Shown: positions 24,862-39,441 of the stretch, piece by piece
How positions within the stretch are numbered: position 1 is the stretch's first letter
Layout of the letters: the number at the start of each line of letters is the position of its first letter
Assembly: GCA_002104905.1 (NCBI GenBank)
Contig: MCFE01000277.1
Span: 41,013 to 105,012, forward strand
DNA: 64,000 nucleotides
Source: Basidiobolus meristosporus CBS 931.73
Lineage: Eukaryota > Fungi > Basidiobolomycota
Direction: 5' to 3'
Position numbers and translations under genes: made by a program
The notes under the pieces: model-generated
Databases searched by the model: none
Told to the model about the DNA's origin: nothing
What the model saw: only the letters and a program-made list of their open reading frames with translations

Positions 24862-27271
24862 CGTTTTAGGAAAGTGCAATGGAATGTAAAAGCAAAACCA
24901 TAAGCTGGCAAATATCTCTAGGTGCCACAAGATTCACTTTCACATTGATACTCCATGATTTATTAAGCTATAGTACAAGCCGTAATATACCCTTGATTCT
25001 ATCGTCTGCCTTGCACAGATTTCTACTGGGAAATCCTGTTCTTCAGATTCCAACAAAAAAGGCAGCTACTTATATGACAAGCGTTGGTCATATTGACGAA
25101 CGACCATCCACCTTCGGATAATACATCTTCACAGCTTGGATCCTCAGATACTTTCAATAGGATTAAGCCCATCAAAATCAAAGTGGCTTCCACCGGATCA
25201 CATCATAGGCTGATATATTGGCCGCAAAGTGGGCGATTGAAATGAGCTGAGCTTTGGTGCCATAACTGAATGGGAGTGATTGAAAATAGAAAAAGAGCGA
25301 CATGTGATTCCATCATTGCCACAATGCCGAGGTTTAAGAGGATGTCCGGAGCGGAACTAGACTCTATCACTGGCTAGATGAATGATGGATTTCATGTGGG
25401 CCTGATGTTTTGATGAGTGGCAATTTGCGCTCTAGTTTGGGCTTTGTCTTGGCGATTTCCGTGTTTTCTTGGCTTGAGATTGATCGAGAGGGTGAAAATG
25501 CACAAATAGATTCAAAGTAGGCAATAATCGTTTCGGATAACAAACAACACGATGCATCCTCCTTATGGGCGTGTCTTTCGTGAGTCAGCCCATCAACCTT
25601 ACATTGATGGATTCAGAAGACACCACTGTTAGGCCTCTTATGAGGGCTCTATTTCTGAGCTCATAGGAATCGCACTATTAAGCGCCTCCCTCCCTATTGG
25701 CTGGTTTTACTCACGATGCTAAGAGAGTCTATCTATGGCATCCTGCACTAGCGTAGCTCCACCTGAATCAGAAAGCCGATGTTTTTGGACTGATCCTGGC
25801 TCGCGTCTCATTTAGTCCACTTGGCAGCGACACAAGCTTCATCCCATGATTAATCATCCTTATTGGAGCATGTTCATAGGATCTATCTGAATGACGTATA
25901 AATGAATATCACTCGAGATGGTCAGGAGATGACTTTTGTTGGCTATTAGTCATCTAGCTCAGTGAGCAATGATGCATACAAGGAAATAGCTTGTTAATAA
26001 ACTGGGAGATATCTCCGCTCCGGAGAGCTTATGCATCCAGAATCACTATTGTGGGATGAGAATCCGCTTCTCTTCATATATGGAAAACATGGCGTGGTGC
26101 ACTTCACATGCATTCCTGCGATCTGTAATTTGCTTGGATATTAACTGGAGCACACTTGCAGAGGTATTGGAAACATTACGACTGCTTTTACATTAAGTAG
26201 CCCGCCATTGCGGAATCGATGTTCGACTCTGCGATGAACGAGAATCAATGCGATGGTGCTTAGGCTGCACATACACCAACTACGGACTCGAGATTGCTTT
26301 ATGCAGAAACGACTACGAGTCGACAATTTATAAATGAATGTTACTTGCATGCATGGGCTACTTTAGGCGATTGAGCCGCGATTCATGTTGGGCTCGGTAG
26401 CCAATCAAGAGAAGCTTAGAGCATCTCGTGGTCGAGTACCCCCATTTAATGGAATTTGTATGTATCTAATAATAGCACCTGGGATATGGGCATCTTGGGC
26501 GAAGGATCGCTTGATTGAGAAGGGAGCATCTAGAATTGAAGTGATAAACAAAGCAGAGCGCAATTTCTTGGCAAAGTAATGAAAGATCTGGATATCCAAA
26601 TTGTCCACCTTCCACAAGTTCGTCAACGTGCATGTTGTTGCCTGTGTACCCATTTGGGATTTTCAGTGCCTATGGTGTCTGGCGGCACCGTAGCTGTAGA
26701 ATCACACACATTGCAGTCTATGAGGTGGCTGGATGGATGCAACCTGGATTATATGTTAATTGATCGGGCTTGTCGAAATACCTCATAGGTACAACAGTAG
26801 CTAGGTCTTTATTTCAAATAGGGTAGACGCTCAACATGCATACTAGAATCCAGCCGATTTATGCATGTTTAGGAAGAGGTAACATTGCTGACGCTCTCCG
26901 GCATGCTGTCTCATGACCTGGCGGAGGCCGGAAAATGGCGCTTGATTTAAACGGAAGGCATTTTCAGGAACCCAGGGTTGGACAGAGGCTGTGGGACAAT
27001 TTCAATTTGCGGACTTGGTGTCTTGAAGTAAACCACTATATCCGCTATTGCGTCTAGCTCTCCTACCGTTCCCACCCCATATGGAACACCAATATACAAC
27101 CATTGATTTCATATTCAACTTTGGTCATATTCAATCAGCTTAGAAATAATCAAATCAACCATATTTGGGTTAAATATATTTATGTTTCGGCCCAATACCA
27201 ATAAATGGTCGGTGGCATTCTTAGTAATAAAGGCTCTGCAGTGATTAGGCCCTATTCAATCAAGTTGGTGA

Positions 27272-28305
27272 CTACTTTGGGGGGTTGTAGACGATTTTTC
27301 GGTTCTTAAGTGGGGCCCATTTGAATCTTTTCAACCAAATTGAAATGAAAAATAAGCCAGAAAGAATTGTAACCGCCTTCAGCCCAAGTTTTTTACGCTC
27401 ATCATGCTCCGGCTCGGATGCCCACGAGAGGAAGGTTACAACATCTTTGGCCATTTGCGAGGTTGTAGCTGGTGTGCCATCTTCATATTCAACAATGCCG
27501 TCGTACAAAGCGCGCGCCATTGCAATCGATCCTCCGGGGAAGTATGGATTGTAGTATAAACCTTCTTTAACCTCCACGCCTGGGGGAGGGTCGTAGTAGC
27601 CAGTAAGCAAGGCGAAGATGTAATCACCACCGCCATGTCTACCCTTAACAATCAGGCTTAGGTCTGGTGGATACGCTCCAGCATTGGCTGCTCTGGCTGC
27701 TTCTTCATTTGGGTAGGGTCGAGGGAGATAATCTGAAAGCTTTCCTGGTCTTTGGAACATATCCCCAATATCATTGGGCCCATCCTCAACCTCGATGGCC
27801 TCAGCAAGCGCTTTTGCTTCGTCCTCGGTGTGGGAAACACCCACTAAGTTACGAAAGGCAATGCGATCCAGCGAATGGCAGGCTGCGCAAACTTCTTGGT
27901 ATACCTGATAACCACGTCTAATGCTGGCGTGATCAAAAGTACTAAAGGGACTATTGTGTTCCCAAGGATAGGAAGTGGCGTGGAGTCCTTCATCTGCTGC
28001 ATCAGAGTAAACGGTATTATTGAAATGAAGATAAATACCAAGGCTGGCACCACCGATTCCAGCGGCAATCGCAGTGGATCTCCTAGCTGGATTCTAGAAA
28101 CAAACACATGAGTATAATACGCATTGGCTTGGCAGCTGCATAGAATACCCACAATCGGTGTTGAGAAAGAGGCGCGGGAAAAGAGGCGGGCCTATCAAAA
28201 GGAGGGCGAGAGTTAGTTTGTGTAAATAGTGTGACTGCTATTGCCGACTACCTGAAATCTGAAATTAAAGGCTTTTCTCTGAACTTGGGACAGTCTCACG
28301 AACAT
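27272..28305 (-). CDS. CYT1: Cytochrome c1, mitochondrial (3 exons; ATG 28305)
   Basis: Heme motif [41 protein letters not shown]-terminal TM anchor, and presequence [18 protein letters not shown]. Confidence 0.95.
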
Positions 28306-30037
28306 CACAGGTGAAGAAACGGCGTTTTAGGCAAGAAAGGGAAACTAGTTAATGCTGTAAAGTGAAAAAGAAGTGGGGTTGATTTCTACAGATAGTATAA
28401 GCATCGGCCGCCCTGGGTAGCGTTTGCAAATCATTGGGATTGATCATTTAAAAGTCAAGTGACAGTCCGAATCTGCAGTATAGAGAATCCGGATGTTTCG
28501 AATGATCACTCTTGGTGGCCTTGGGAGAAATAAGAAAGCGGCTGATTGTTGAGAAAAAACCATCGAGGTGTGCAGAGTCACCCATTTTCCAGATTTACGC
28601 AAAACATGGTCAATCAGATGAACGCCAAAATATGTCCAATGGATTGGAATGTCCCATCCTGTGCCATGCAGAAAATAGTGCAGGGTTGAGCCTCAATGGC
28701 AAGGCTGGCTCAGCATTTGCTCAGTGAATCACCCAAGTTCGAGAAACGCATCTTAGCTGAGCCAGTGAAGGCCCAGCTCACCGAAATAGCAAAATCTGGC
28801 CATCGCCCCATGTCTAGCACAAAAGTATGGGGCAGCTACGCTGGCATGGCCACCATTGGGCATACCAAGACGATCGAGTCCCATTCACAACCATTCGCTC
28901 TCTTCATCAGGCCGGTTATTCGTGATCATCCATGTATGTGGCCCTCGGAGGGTGATCCCAATCCATCATGTCTCCCAAGGCTCTTGAAGGAGGCTTGGTT
29001 GCTGTGGCGTAGATCACTGTATAAATACGTGCGTCAAGCAGATCAGATAGAGTGCCCAGGGCTACGCAAACAGGCCGCTGGAGATGGGATCAGCCTCGGA
29101 TCAAAAACTGGTGTACCCACTCTCTATGGTGCCAGGGTTGGGACTCGGCCTGAAGGCAGGGTAAGTTTGGGTATCCTGGTGGTTTAGCCATATCCGTTTG
29201 ATTTCTCGTTTTCGATGTCAATTGGAGCCGCCAGATACACCGAGACGATCTTGTACACGATCCGCTGTCGACCCTGAGGTTTAGGCTCGTCGCATCAGGT
29301 ACCAAGGCGCTTGCTGGATAGTGGGCTAACACGGAATCGGTCAATGCATGTCCACCATCATAATGCCGCAGCTCTTTAGGCCAGGAACTGCTCAATGCGG
29401 GTGCGAGGAGAGTAACTTAAACCCCGATATATTACGATGCAGTGAGATGGGTGAAACTGAGACCCGCTTCATGTTGACGTGAGGCTTGAAGAGTGTGACT
29501 TCATCGATTCTAAATTGTCGTGATGTTCGCCACGATGAAAGTAGAACCAAGAGCATTGAGGAGAGTAAATCGTGCTTGAAGCGGCTAAATTGGGCCCCTA
29601 TTTCCATCAAATCCATCGTACACACCTTGATTTGGCCAAATCATCAACTGGCCGTTTTTGATATGGAGCAGCCTATCAACCGCTTCCTTCAGCGGCACGT
29701 AGAAATCGGATGTACTGTCTTCCTGGATATTGTGATGATTTAATTAATGGTCACTGAGAGCGCAGCTTGAAACGCACTTGTACCCTTGGTGTTCATTTAT
29801 TTGTCGAGGCACTGGACACCACACCTCCTGCTTATTTCAAATGATCCTGTTTAATTAAATATTGTTGGATCGGATTTATATCTTTGCTCAAAGCGGCTTT
29901 TGATCCGTTGGACCTTCTTTTCCCCTTTGTTCACAGTTATTGAATACAACCCTTTGAATCATAAAACAGTTGTTTATCCCGTTTACACTTATCTATCAAC
30001 TACCTGACTATTTCCCGATCAGCAGGTTCCGTGGACG

Positions 30038-32855
30038 ATGGTTGCATCCACTACAATAGGTTTACCTTCTATCGAGCTTAACTATACCTCTAAAAACTTG
30101 GCCTTGACCGATTATAACTCCAATAATCTCGTGAAAGATTGTCACGACGACACTCCTTCCAACAATTTAGCTCTTCATAACGAGCATAGTAGTGATGACG
30201 ACAAAAAACAACCACTCACTCTTGAATATTGCCTTTCCGTCGACGACGACCACTATCTTCCAGAGTATAATAGTAAGAACTTTCGCTCTTTCTCAACTGG
30301 AGCTATCGACACTTCAACTGTCAATTGGGAAAAAAGTGCTTCGGCCACCTGGTACAGGCGCTCGAGATACAAGAGAAAGAGTGACTTGCATTTGCTAGAA
30401 AACTTGCCTCCACGGAACAGCTCTTTGCCCAAGAATGATATCGAAGCTGTAAACCACATGAAAAGGAACTCAGGACTGGCTGAAGACGTGAACAACCCTT
30501 CTAGTATTCAAATCCCGGTAAAAGCCCCTATATTTGCCTTAATACTTGATTTTCTATAAGCATTAAACCTGTGTCGCTAGGGACAGGAATTGGTTGATAC
30601 TGACAATCAATCACTGGGTAATTCGAAGGAGAGGGATTTTTACTCTGATATAATGCATAGGAAGCATATCAGTCGTACACGCAGCATTAGAGGTGCTGGG
30701 CGTGCAGTTTTTGTGAACCATCGCCCTACAAGCTTCATTTTGCCATCAATGGCGGAGAACCCAACCAACTCCCAAATGGCGAGAAGCAACACCGTGAAAG
30801 TCCAGAGAAGAAAGTCAAAACGCTACTCAACCCTATCACGGGCTCCTACCAAGTTGTATACCGAACTCACGACAAATCATCCAGCGAGCACCGACTCCGC
30901 GGATCCTGAGAATCCAAACAATATACGTCACACCATTGAAAATATCCGACGACTTAGTAGAAAACTCTCTCACCGCCGGACAGTTCGAAGAAGGAAGACC
31001 GATGGCGAAGAGCAAAAAATCGCCATTGGAACTCGAATCGATAAGAACCACAAGAATTATATTCTGATGTACAATATGCTGACCGGAATTCGCGTCGCCG
31101 TAAGTTTCCCTGGCATAGTCTTGATCTTGCGTGTGTAGTAATACGGGTAATCATGAATCAGGTATCGCGCTGCACTGGGAAATCCCACCGCGAACTGCAT
31201 GACATCGACTTCGCTGCAGCCCACAAGCTAGCGTTTGATATGTGAGTTGGTTAGTTATTGATGAGTATGAGCAAGACTGTGTTCGCTTACCCCTTATTCG
31301 AGTGTTGGAAACGAAATGACCCCGTCATCAAAATACGATTTCAAGTTTAAGGATTATGCGCCGTGGGTCTTTAGACATTTGAGAGAGCTCTTTGGCATCG
31401 ATTCAGCAGAATACTTGGTATTGTTGGAACAATGGCCAACTGCCAGTAGCACACGCTAAACCGTCGATTACCTCGTAGGTGTCCCTTACGAGCAAGTATA
31501 TCTTATCTGAGCTGGGATCTCCTGGAAAAAGTGGCAGCTTTTTCTACTACTCTCAGGATTATCGCTTCATTATCAAGACCATTCATCACACCGAGCATAA
31601 GTTTCTACGTCGAATCTTGCCGCATTATTACCAGGTGACATTTTGATCACTCTATGCCGTCCCAACCCATGCTGACTGAATGTTCTTGTAGCATGTGAAG
31701 GAAAACCCCAATACCCTAATATCTCGGTTCTTTGGCCTCCATCGCGTCAAGCTCCCGCACAGCCGCAAAATTCATTTCATCGTGATGGCTAACAACTTCC
31801 CCCCTAACAAGGACATCCATGAGACATACGATCTTAAGGTAGAATATTGGGTCATGGAAATTTTGGCGCAGCCTTCTAATAGATTGGCAGGGGTCCACGG
31901 TCGGAAGAGAGCTCAATGAACAGGAGCTCATGAGCAGTCCTCACGCTGTAATGAAAGATCTGAATTGGGAGACGCGTGATCGTAAGCTGGAAATTGGGCC
32001 TGAGAAAAGACAACTGTTTGTGGATCAAATGGAACGCGATGTGAAAGTATGGCTCTTGTCGGTTTGGCTCATGTCTCTAGCGTGTCTGACATAATTTTGC
32101 TTCAGCTCTTAAAGGAACTCAAGATCATGGATTACAGCCTCCTTGTTGGATTACATAATAAGCAACGCGGCAACAAAGATAACATACGAGACAACACACT
32201 TTCAGTCTTTGAGGTTTTTTCTTCATCGTCTTTTTGAGCTGGCTTTGAGAGTTGACTGATTGCTTTACAGCCTGATACTGATATACTGGAACGACAGTCA
32301 GTGCAAAAACGCGGCTCTTTTCATCCTGGTGCTGTGAGAAAAATGATCGAAGAATCCGACCCCATCGCACTTGGACCTTCTGCATCCACGCTTCCCGAAG
32401 ATCCATTCACAGAGTAACCAGACGTTGCGAGTATGCTTTGTGAAATCCAGTGCTAACTCCAGCATTAACCATAGGCGCAACAATTGTATATTTTATCAAG
32501 ATGAAGGTGGCTTCGTGGGCTCCGACGAAAATGGCGTCTTCACAGATACTATCTTCTATGTTGGTATCATTGATATTCTTACGCCATATAATTTTGCCAA
32601 AAGGATGGAGCATATGTGGAAGTCCTTGAGCCATGACAAAGTATGTTCGGATCGCCTCACCATTCATTGCCAGACTTTTCGTTAACTTGGAAACTGTAGA
32701 ACGCCATATCTGCCGTACACCCATCCTTGTACGCTAACCGATTTATGGACTTCATGACAAAAGCAATCAAGATCCATGATGACATTCAGCGGCGCGAGAC
32801 TCTTCGCCGTCGGCGCCAAAGTGGAAAAGGAAATCGTTTCGCAAGAAACAAATGA
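30038..32855 (+). CDS. MSS4: Phosphatidylinositol-4-phosphate 5-kinase (multi-exon)
   Basis: [79 protein letters not shown]; long disordered N-terminus. Confidence 0.93.
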
Positions 32856-33546
32856 GTGCACCCACTATCATAGCCGTGCCAAGTGTGATTTCGATAGGTT
32901 GACTTGATCGTCTAAAATTCCAGTGTCGCTCTTTACCACTTTCATAAACAGTAACACTATTAGCATATTTCATTAACTCGTGCTGTCGGTTTCCCGATCA
33001 GCTTATTTTTGTTCCATGGCGCCATTAATTTAAAGCAAATCCATTAACAGATGTTTCATAGGCCACTCTTTCATATTAACACTGACTTCGACTTGAAATG
33101 AAAATACCAATAACTAGCAGGGTTTTATATTCCATTCCATAACTTTTGGGCTAGATGGTTAGAAGTCAGGAGACTCCAGGCTTCGAGCTTTTGCATCGTT
33201 ATGTTTGCTGAACAGCACACTTTCTACACCAGGTGTATGTCACAGTATCAAACAAGAGTAATTAAAAATAAATGGTACAGCCACAACCCCCTGAAGCAAA
33301 TATCGAGTTTCATCACTGACTCACGTATTTAATGGGAAATTTTGCTCATTAATTGATAGCTAGGCTTGTGAGACTCGAACTGTTTAATCGAATAAACTAT
33401 CGGCTGGTAATTGCATAATGGGGAATGATTGAATAATTAATTACTGGTGAGAAATACCATTTTGGGTGCAATCCTTGGGCTATTTTTGCAGTGATTACTT
33501 CAACAGACGTTAAACAGCAACTCCACAGTGTACGAGTGCAGTCATC

Positions 33547-34749
33547 ATGTTCCGATTTTCCTTGAGAATCTCACCCTCACGCTTCTTGGCCACGAAAATT
33601 CAAGCACCATCTCCCCGGCAAAGCCCAATTTTTCCAGCTTCCTACTCGGCCCTACGCAATACCTATCCAAGCCGACTATTGCCACCAGCTGCATTTCTAT
33701 ACACTGCACGATTCTACAGCTCAACCCAAAAGCCTACTCAGGACAATCACTTGGAGATTAAAGGGGAGGATGTGCCTATTGGTAACCTGGTATTCGTCAA
33801 AAGAGTCTAGTTGAATACGTATTTAACTGTGTGTTGCTCTTTACAGGTCGAATCGATTTTGCGGTTAGTAACGGGCTTCCAAGACTAACTATTCCGCTGC
33901 CTGTTAAAGAGAGTGGCAAGATGGAAGAGCATAGCTTCATGTTACATCCCAAGTTGACACTCTCAAATTTGTATCACCAAATCCGTGACCGAGCAAGTGG
34001 CATTCAAACAATCCAGGTCCACGACTCTTTGAAGAACCTATCTATAGGTGCTCGTTGGACTGCTGGCGCGTCCATTGATGACTTGATTCAAGAGTCTACT
34101 ATGTCTGACGCGAAGTCATTTTACGTTATTGCTGACGATACGAAGATACTTATTCATATGCCGTCATTTGAAGGTAACATCTGCTAAACTTCGGCAGCAA
34201 CACACTCATAGGCTTTGTTCCAAATTTAAATGATACCACTTTTTCAGAGCGTACGTCTAGTCTACGTAGCCAGCTGATCAATCTGCAGTCTCGTATTGAC
34301 GCACTAAACAGAGTGAAGCATAAATGTGACGATCAGGCAAACCGAACATCTCAGCTAATCTCAGTCGGAGGGTTTGCTGGCCTTTGTTCTTACTGGGTCG
34401 TAATGGCCAAACTTGTCTGGGTTGATCTCGGGTGGGATGGTAAGACGATCTACACTTGAGTCTCGCTTTTATTGACCGTAGTCTGACTCGGACTCTTTGT
34501 TCAGTGATGGAGCCTTTCACCTACTTCTCGGGGATTGGGATGGCAACAGTCGGATATCTTTATTTCCTAATCACGAAGCGAGAGTTTAACACCGATTCGG
34601 TGTCGGATATGGCTGCCACTCAACGCCAGCTTAAACTTTATGTTGAGCATGGGCTTAATATCGATCTCTACCAACATTTAACTCAGCAGGCCAACCGAGT
34701 TCGTAATGAGATGGATCGGATAAAAGCAAGCTATAATCAAAATCTCTAA
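33547..34749 (+). CDS. MCU: Mitochondrial calcium uniporter (multi-exon)
   Basis: Presequence MFRFSLRISPSRFL; two TM helices flanking the selectivity filter WD|VMEPFTYF, which is assembled across the 34439/34504 intron. Confidence 0.88.
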
Positions 34750-35344
34750 CTTGTTACAATGCGTACCTAATGACTCGCACCAATAAAGACCCTCGTAACC
34801 CTTGTCCGCTGTGCTTCACGGTTTTACTAATAACCATTCAGCACGAAGGCCATCGGCTCCATTGGCCAGGCAGCCTTGACCGTGGCCTCGTGATTAAAGT
34901 ACATGAAACTTGATAAATGATGATGTGTGGTTGATTTGGATAGCATACTACCAAAGCATTTATAGCCTGCTCATTCCATCCATATTAACCTTGCCTTGAA
35001 TGGTTGGTCTGGCACCGACTTTTCTTCATTCGATTGCAATGGAGATCGCTCTTATTTTTACAGTATTTTTTGGGCAACTCTTTAGAAATAGTATTGCAAT
35101 CAAATGTATCTCAAAGTAAAAATTGATATCAATGTTGCGATTTGTTGGCATATATACATACACTCAACTCACATCCCATCTGCCGTTGTCAATATAAAGA
35201 AGCCATGGCACCCATTTTTGCCCAGAGTCCGTCATATCTTCGTTACCTTGTATGCCCTTGGTGTTGAATCCAGGTTATTACCGACCGCTTGAGCCAGACC
35301 ATCCAACCTTATAAGCGGTGAAGCTTTGGACTCAATTTTTCGCC

Positions 35345-36541
35345 ATGACAACTACAGGGTTAAACTTCAGCCACAAAAGACCAACAGTATCAGAGTCTCA
35401 TATGTATTATTCGTTCCAATGGGAAATCCAACATTTCCAACACGATTCCACGGTCAAAATATGCACCTCGGAGATACTTATACTGGACACTATCTGGCGC
35501 TTGGATATATATCCTGTCGGTTATGATGAACACGAGGAATTCATCTCGATCTTTCTGAGGCCAATACAGCTGCCCTGTCTCAAAGAAGTGGAGTTCTGCA
35601 TCTATCTCAAATTGGATATCGGACTAAAGCGTAAGCTTAAAAAGTTTACTAGTAGACGAGTATTTTGTGAAAAGCAGTCTCAGGGCTTCGAGCGTTTTAT
35701 AGATAGAAACGAACTATACGAGCAACTCGGGGAAAGGGATAGCTTCATAGTCGGTGTTGAATTGTACTTCATTAATGCCACTGAAGCATCCGAACTGCAC
35801 CTAGACCACTCACTGGGAACCGTCACGAATTCAAGTCCAAACTATGATCCGCCTACATATTACATACCACAGTTTGAAGATAAATTAAATGATCCTAATT
35901 ATAGTGATGTGGAGTTCCGGGTGGCAGGGAAAACACTCTACGCCACCAAGTTCTTGTTGTGTTGTAGAAGCAGCTACTTCAGAGCGATGTTCCAAACGTC
36001 AAATATGAGTGAGAGTACTCAGCAAGTGATTCTTTTGCCTGGGTTTCAGTATGAGCCTGTTTTTGCTGTTTTTAAGTATATTTATACCGGCTGTTTCGAG
36101 TTCAACGCCAAATCCCTAAAGCAGCAAGATGATCAAGAAACCTTGAAAAACGACGTCTTCTCGTACTTATCCGCAGTCTACACCCTATCCGATATGTACG
36201 ATTTGCCTGAGCTGTGCCTCTGGACGGAGAAGATGCTGGTCAATATCGTTTCTGTGGAGAACTATGATCAATTGTTACATTTCGCCTACAAGCATGATTT
36301 ATGTTGGGTGATAGCCAAGATCTGCCTCTTTATAGCGAAACACTGGCTAGACTTTCAATATCGCAGCTCATTCATGAATTTACTGAGCAGCGGGGACGGT
36401 CCCCTAGTTCTATTACTCTTCAATGGAGTGATGATGGGGCGAACCGGGGCTTCTGAGCGAGAGATATATCAACACATCATTGCGAAGCGCGAGATGGATT
36501 CCTACGAGAGTGTAACCTCCAGCAGTGATGATACACATTGA
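35345..36541 (+). CDS. MATH-BTB (SPOP-like) Cullin-3 substrate adaptor
   Basis: N-terminal MATH (WRLDIYPVG...FISIFL...QGFERFI), BTB (YSDVEFRV...LCCRSSYFRAMF), then BACK-like helices. Intronless. Confidence 0.85.
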   Translation: MTTTGLNFSHKRPTVSESHMYYSFQWEIQHFQHDSTVKICTSEILILDTIWRLDIYPVGYDEHEEFISIFLRPIQLPCLKEVEFCIYLKLDIGLKRKLKKFTSRRVFCEKQSQGFERFIDRNELYEQLGERDSFIVGVELYFINATEASELHLDHSLGTVTNSSPNYDPPTYYIPQFEDKLNDPNYSDVEFRVAGKTLYATKFLLCCRSSYFRAMFQTSNMSESTQQVILLPGFQYEPVFAVFKYIYTGCFEFNAKSLKQQDDQETLKNDVFSYLSAVYTLSDMYDLPELCLWTEKMLVNIVSVENYDQLLHFAYKHDLCWVIAKICLFIAKHWLDFQYRSSFMNLLSSGDGPLVLLLFNGVMMGRTGASEREIYQHIIAKREMDSYESVTSSSDDTH

Positions 36542-38093
36542 GCAATTGAAACACTGTTATCTATACTAACGGGGCCAGGGTAACCTCAAAATCAGCACGT
36601 TGTTGAACAGCACGCACAAAAGAACGTATCCATTCTGCTGAATCTCCCTGTTCTCTATACCATTGTATCACATTATAATTCCTACCTACATACTTCTGCT
36701 TGGAAAAATGTCATGCATATCAGACGTACAAGTGTGGCCCTCATGGCATCCTATTTGCAGCTAATTTTTCGAAACAGCTACCAGGTCCTCGCAGACGGCT
36801 GAATTGATCTTTCTGACAACAAATCCTTCCTACACAACGCTGGAAGAGAGATGCGTTTAATATAAGTAATGATATATCAAACTACTCGTGATGTATCTAG
36901 ACGTTTGTCATTCGGGTCAAAATGGTGTTCCTGAAGTATTTGTCATACAGTAAAACGATCCAGTGATACGTATCAGCGGTAGCACCAAATAAGGACTAAT
37001 TGATGGTATGTTTCTTTCTACTCGCATTGATGGATTCAGATACGGATTTCATGAAAAATTAATTCTGGTTCCATAGCAGCTAAATACTGTTTACCAAACA
37101 GCATGGCCATCGTTGCCAATATATCAATACTGTGTTTTATGGGTCTTTATGGTCAAAGAAGAGTCAACCGCTCTGCCTGTTTCTGTCATTCTTGTTTGTC
37201 AAATGTGTTGACCTCCTAACTTGAGCTTAGAAGAAATGGGCAAGTGAATCCCTAGCTCTTAAGGTAAGGTACATTATACTGGAATTGGCTGAAGATAGAA
37301 CCACGTACAATATAGCCCATTTGCAAACTTCGGTTCAGGTCCGCTTGCTCCAAATAAAAGACTATCCGTTTGCCAAAGTATTATATCGAGCCAGAAATAT
37401 GAATAGGGCAGGCAAACCATCTGGTTTGCATTCTAAGCACAATTCCAAACCAAACTATCCCAAACTCTAGAGTTCACTATAGTTGGTGAGGGATTACCGA
37501 AAAATGTCACTCATCACAAATAGTGGAAATATCGCATCGACCCGCTGCAGCATGGTTTATGGGCTTACATATGCTTCCATCTGATTGGGATGACTAGACG
37601 CTTACTTGTAGTTTAACATACGGAGATTAGCCGTCCGCCATTGGGTATAGGCCCAGTTTCCATCAGATCACCATTTCATCACGAGGTCCAGTGATTCGCA
37701 GTTGCCCAGTTAGGTCCACTTAATTTACCAGAAGTCATGGAAATATCAGATGATCTATATCCGGCTTAGCCAAGAAAACTTGCTTCATGTGAAGCGCACA
37801 TAAAACTATTATTAACAGTCATAACGTACTGGATTGGTCTACAATGATTTGTTGGCACAAACCGGAGGATATCGAAACGAACTACCTTCTGATATAAGTA
37901 AATTCTTGTGAAAATTTTATAAATATATCTAATCTAGAACCACTTGCTCATCCACTCTTCCTATTTTATATACCTAAAAGCCACAATTTCTACCAGCCCA
38001 TACGTACCACCTTGACTCCATCTCCGTAATCCAACTGCCCAAGCTTAAAAAGATTAAACACTGCTACATTTCACGGACTCATTCGGAGTCAGC

Positions 38094-39441
38094 ATGGGAA
38101 CCAAACGTAAGAACCAAAGAAAAGAGCAGCGCCGAGAGCAAAGTCTAAAAGACAAAGATGAGGCATTAAGGAAAGCCGCTTCGCAAGTAATTCTCCACCA
38201 CTTAGCTTTTACATCTTTTGCTTCATTCGTGAGTAACATTTGGTGTAGATATCAGACCCACTAGGGGAATACCGACTCTTTATAAGGCGTCTTCGCTCCT
38301 ACGGTATGAGTGCAGAGGATTACACTCATATCCCACTCAACTTGATCGGTAAGCCCGGTTTGTGTCTTGAGTTATATCGAAGGCAGCCCACTTATCTTGT
38401 TGTTTGTCAGACTTCACCGCCACCATGATTGCTTCCATGATCACTGGCGAGAATTTCCTTTTGCCCTACCTTCAGCCAATAAATGTTTTCGATCCCTCCG
38501 GTGTACTTCCTTTGGAGATGGATCTTTCAGCTGTAAATTTCATCCGCAGAATCTTGAACAAAACACAGCTTTCATGTACCAGCTTGATCCTTGCCCTCTT
38601 CTTCGTGGATAGGCTCAAATCCGAATCCAATCAAACGTATCAATCTGCGAGAAGGCGAAGTCGGCGATGCCTGTATGATGACGACGTTTCTCAGGCACGA
38701 AAGAGCACGCTAGAAACGAACGAACAGTCTAATGCGCCACGATGGTCAACAGTCCCCATGTTCCTGGCATCGGTCATTGTGGCGGATAAATACCTTTCAG
38801 ATGCCACATACACCAACGAGGATTGGGCAGAATTTACATGCGGCAAGTTTTCGCTAAAAGAGATAAACGACATGGAGAGAAGGTTCTTGTCTCAGCTTAA
38901 CTACAACCTCTACGTTACGGAAGAAATGTACGAGGCGTTTTTGTCCTACATCGAGGTCAGCTTGAGTTTGAACCAAATCTACCGGCGCGACGTGCTCTCG
39001 TACAAGGACGTCTCGATACTATCACAATCATTGCTACCCGAATACATTAACCGGCTCAATCTGTCGCTCCGTCCATTGGATGCCATGATTCTCCTGGGCA
39101 AAATGCTCAGCGCCATCTGCTTGTTTTACGTCGCTGCGGTGGCTAGTATGGCTGCTACGTGCCAATACGCAAGCATGATGATTCACATTCAGCATAGCCC
39201 GATCGTTGTCTCCCCACCTTTTCTCCCTGTATACTATCCCACATCACATCTCTCCTGGACTCCTGCGCCCTTCGCTAATATCTCCACTGCTCACGACCCA
39301 AGATTCGTCGTAGACTCGCACACCCCGGAGTCTCTCTTTCTCCACGGACTCGGGAATTCGTCCACACACCCCATTTGTAGTAATTTCCCCTCTAATTTTG
39401 CACCGCATGGCTACAGCCAGCCTCTATGTGGTCTTTCATAA
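38094..39441 (+). CDS. Pho80/Pcl-like cyclin (3 exons)
   Basis: Cyclin box: FIRRILNKTQLSCTSLILALFFVDRL, MFLASVIVADKYLSDATYTNEDWA, INDMERRFLSQLNYNL. Confidence 0.85.

Noticed and set aside
28500-29750. Scattered ORFs and possible exons between CYT1 and MSS4
   Set aside because: No consistent splice model or recognisable domain.
7147-34749. Five mitochondrial-function genes within 28 kb as a possible cluster
   Set aside because: Unrelated pathways interleaved with other genes; plausible by chance without synteny evidence.
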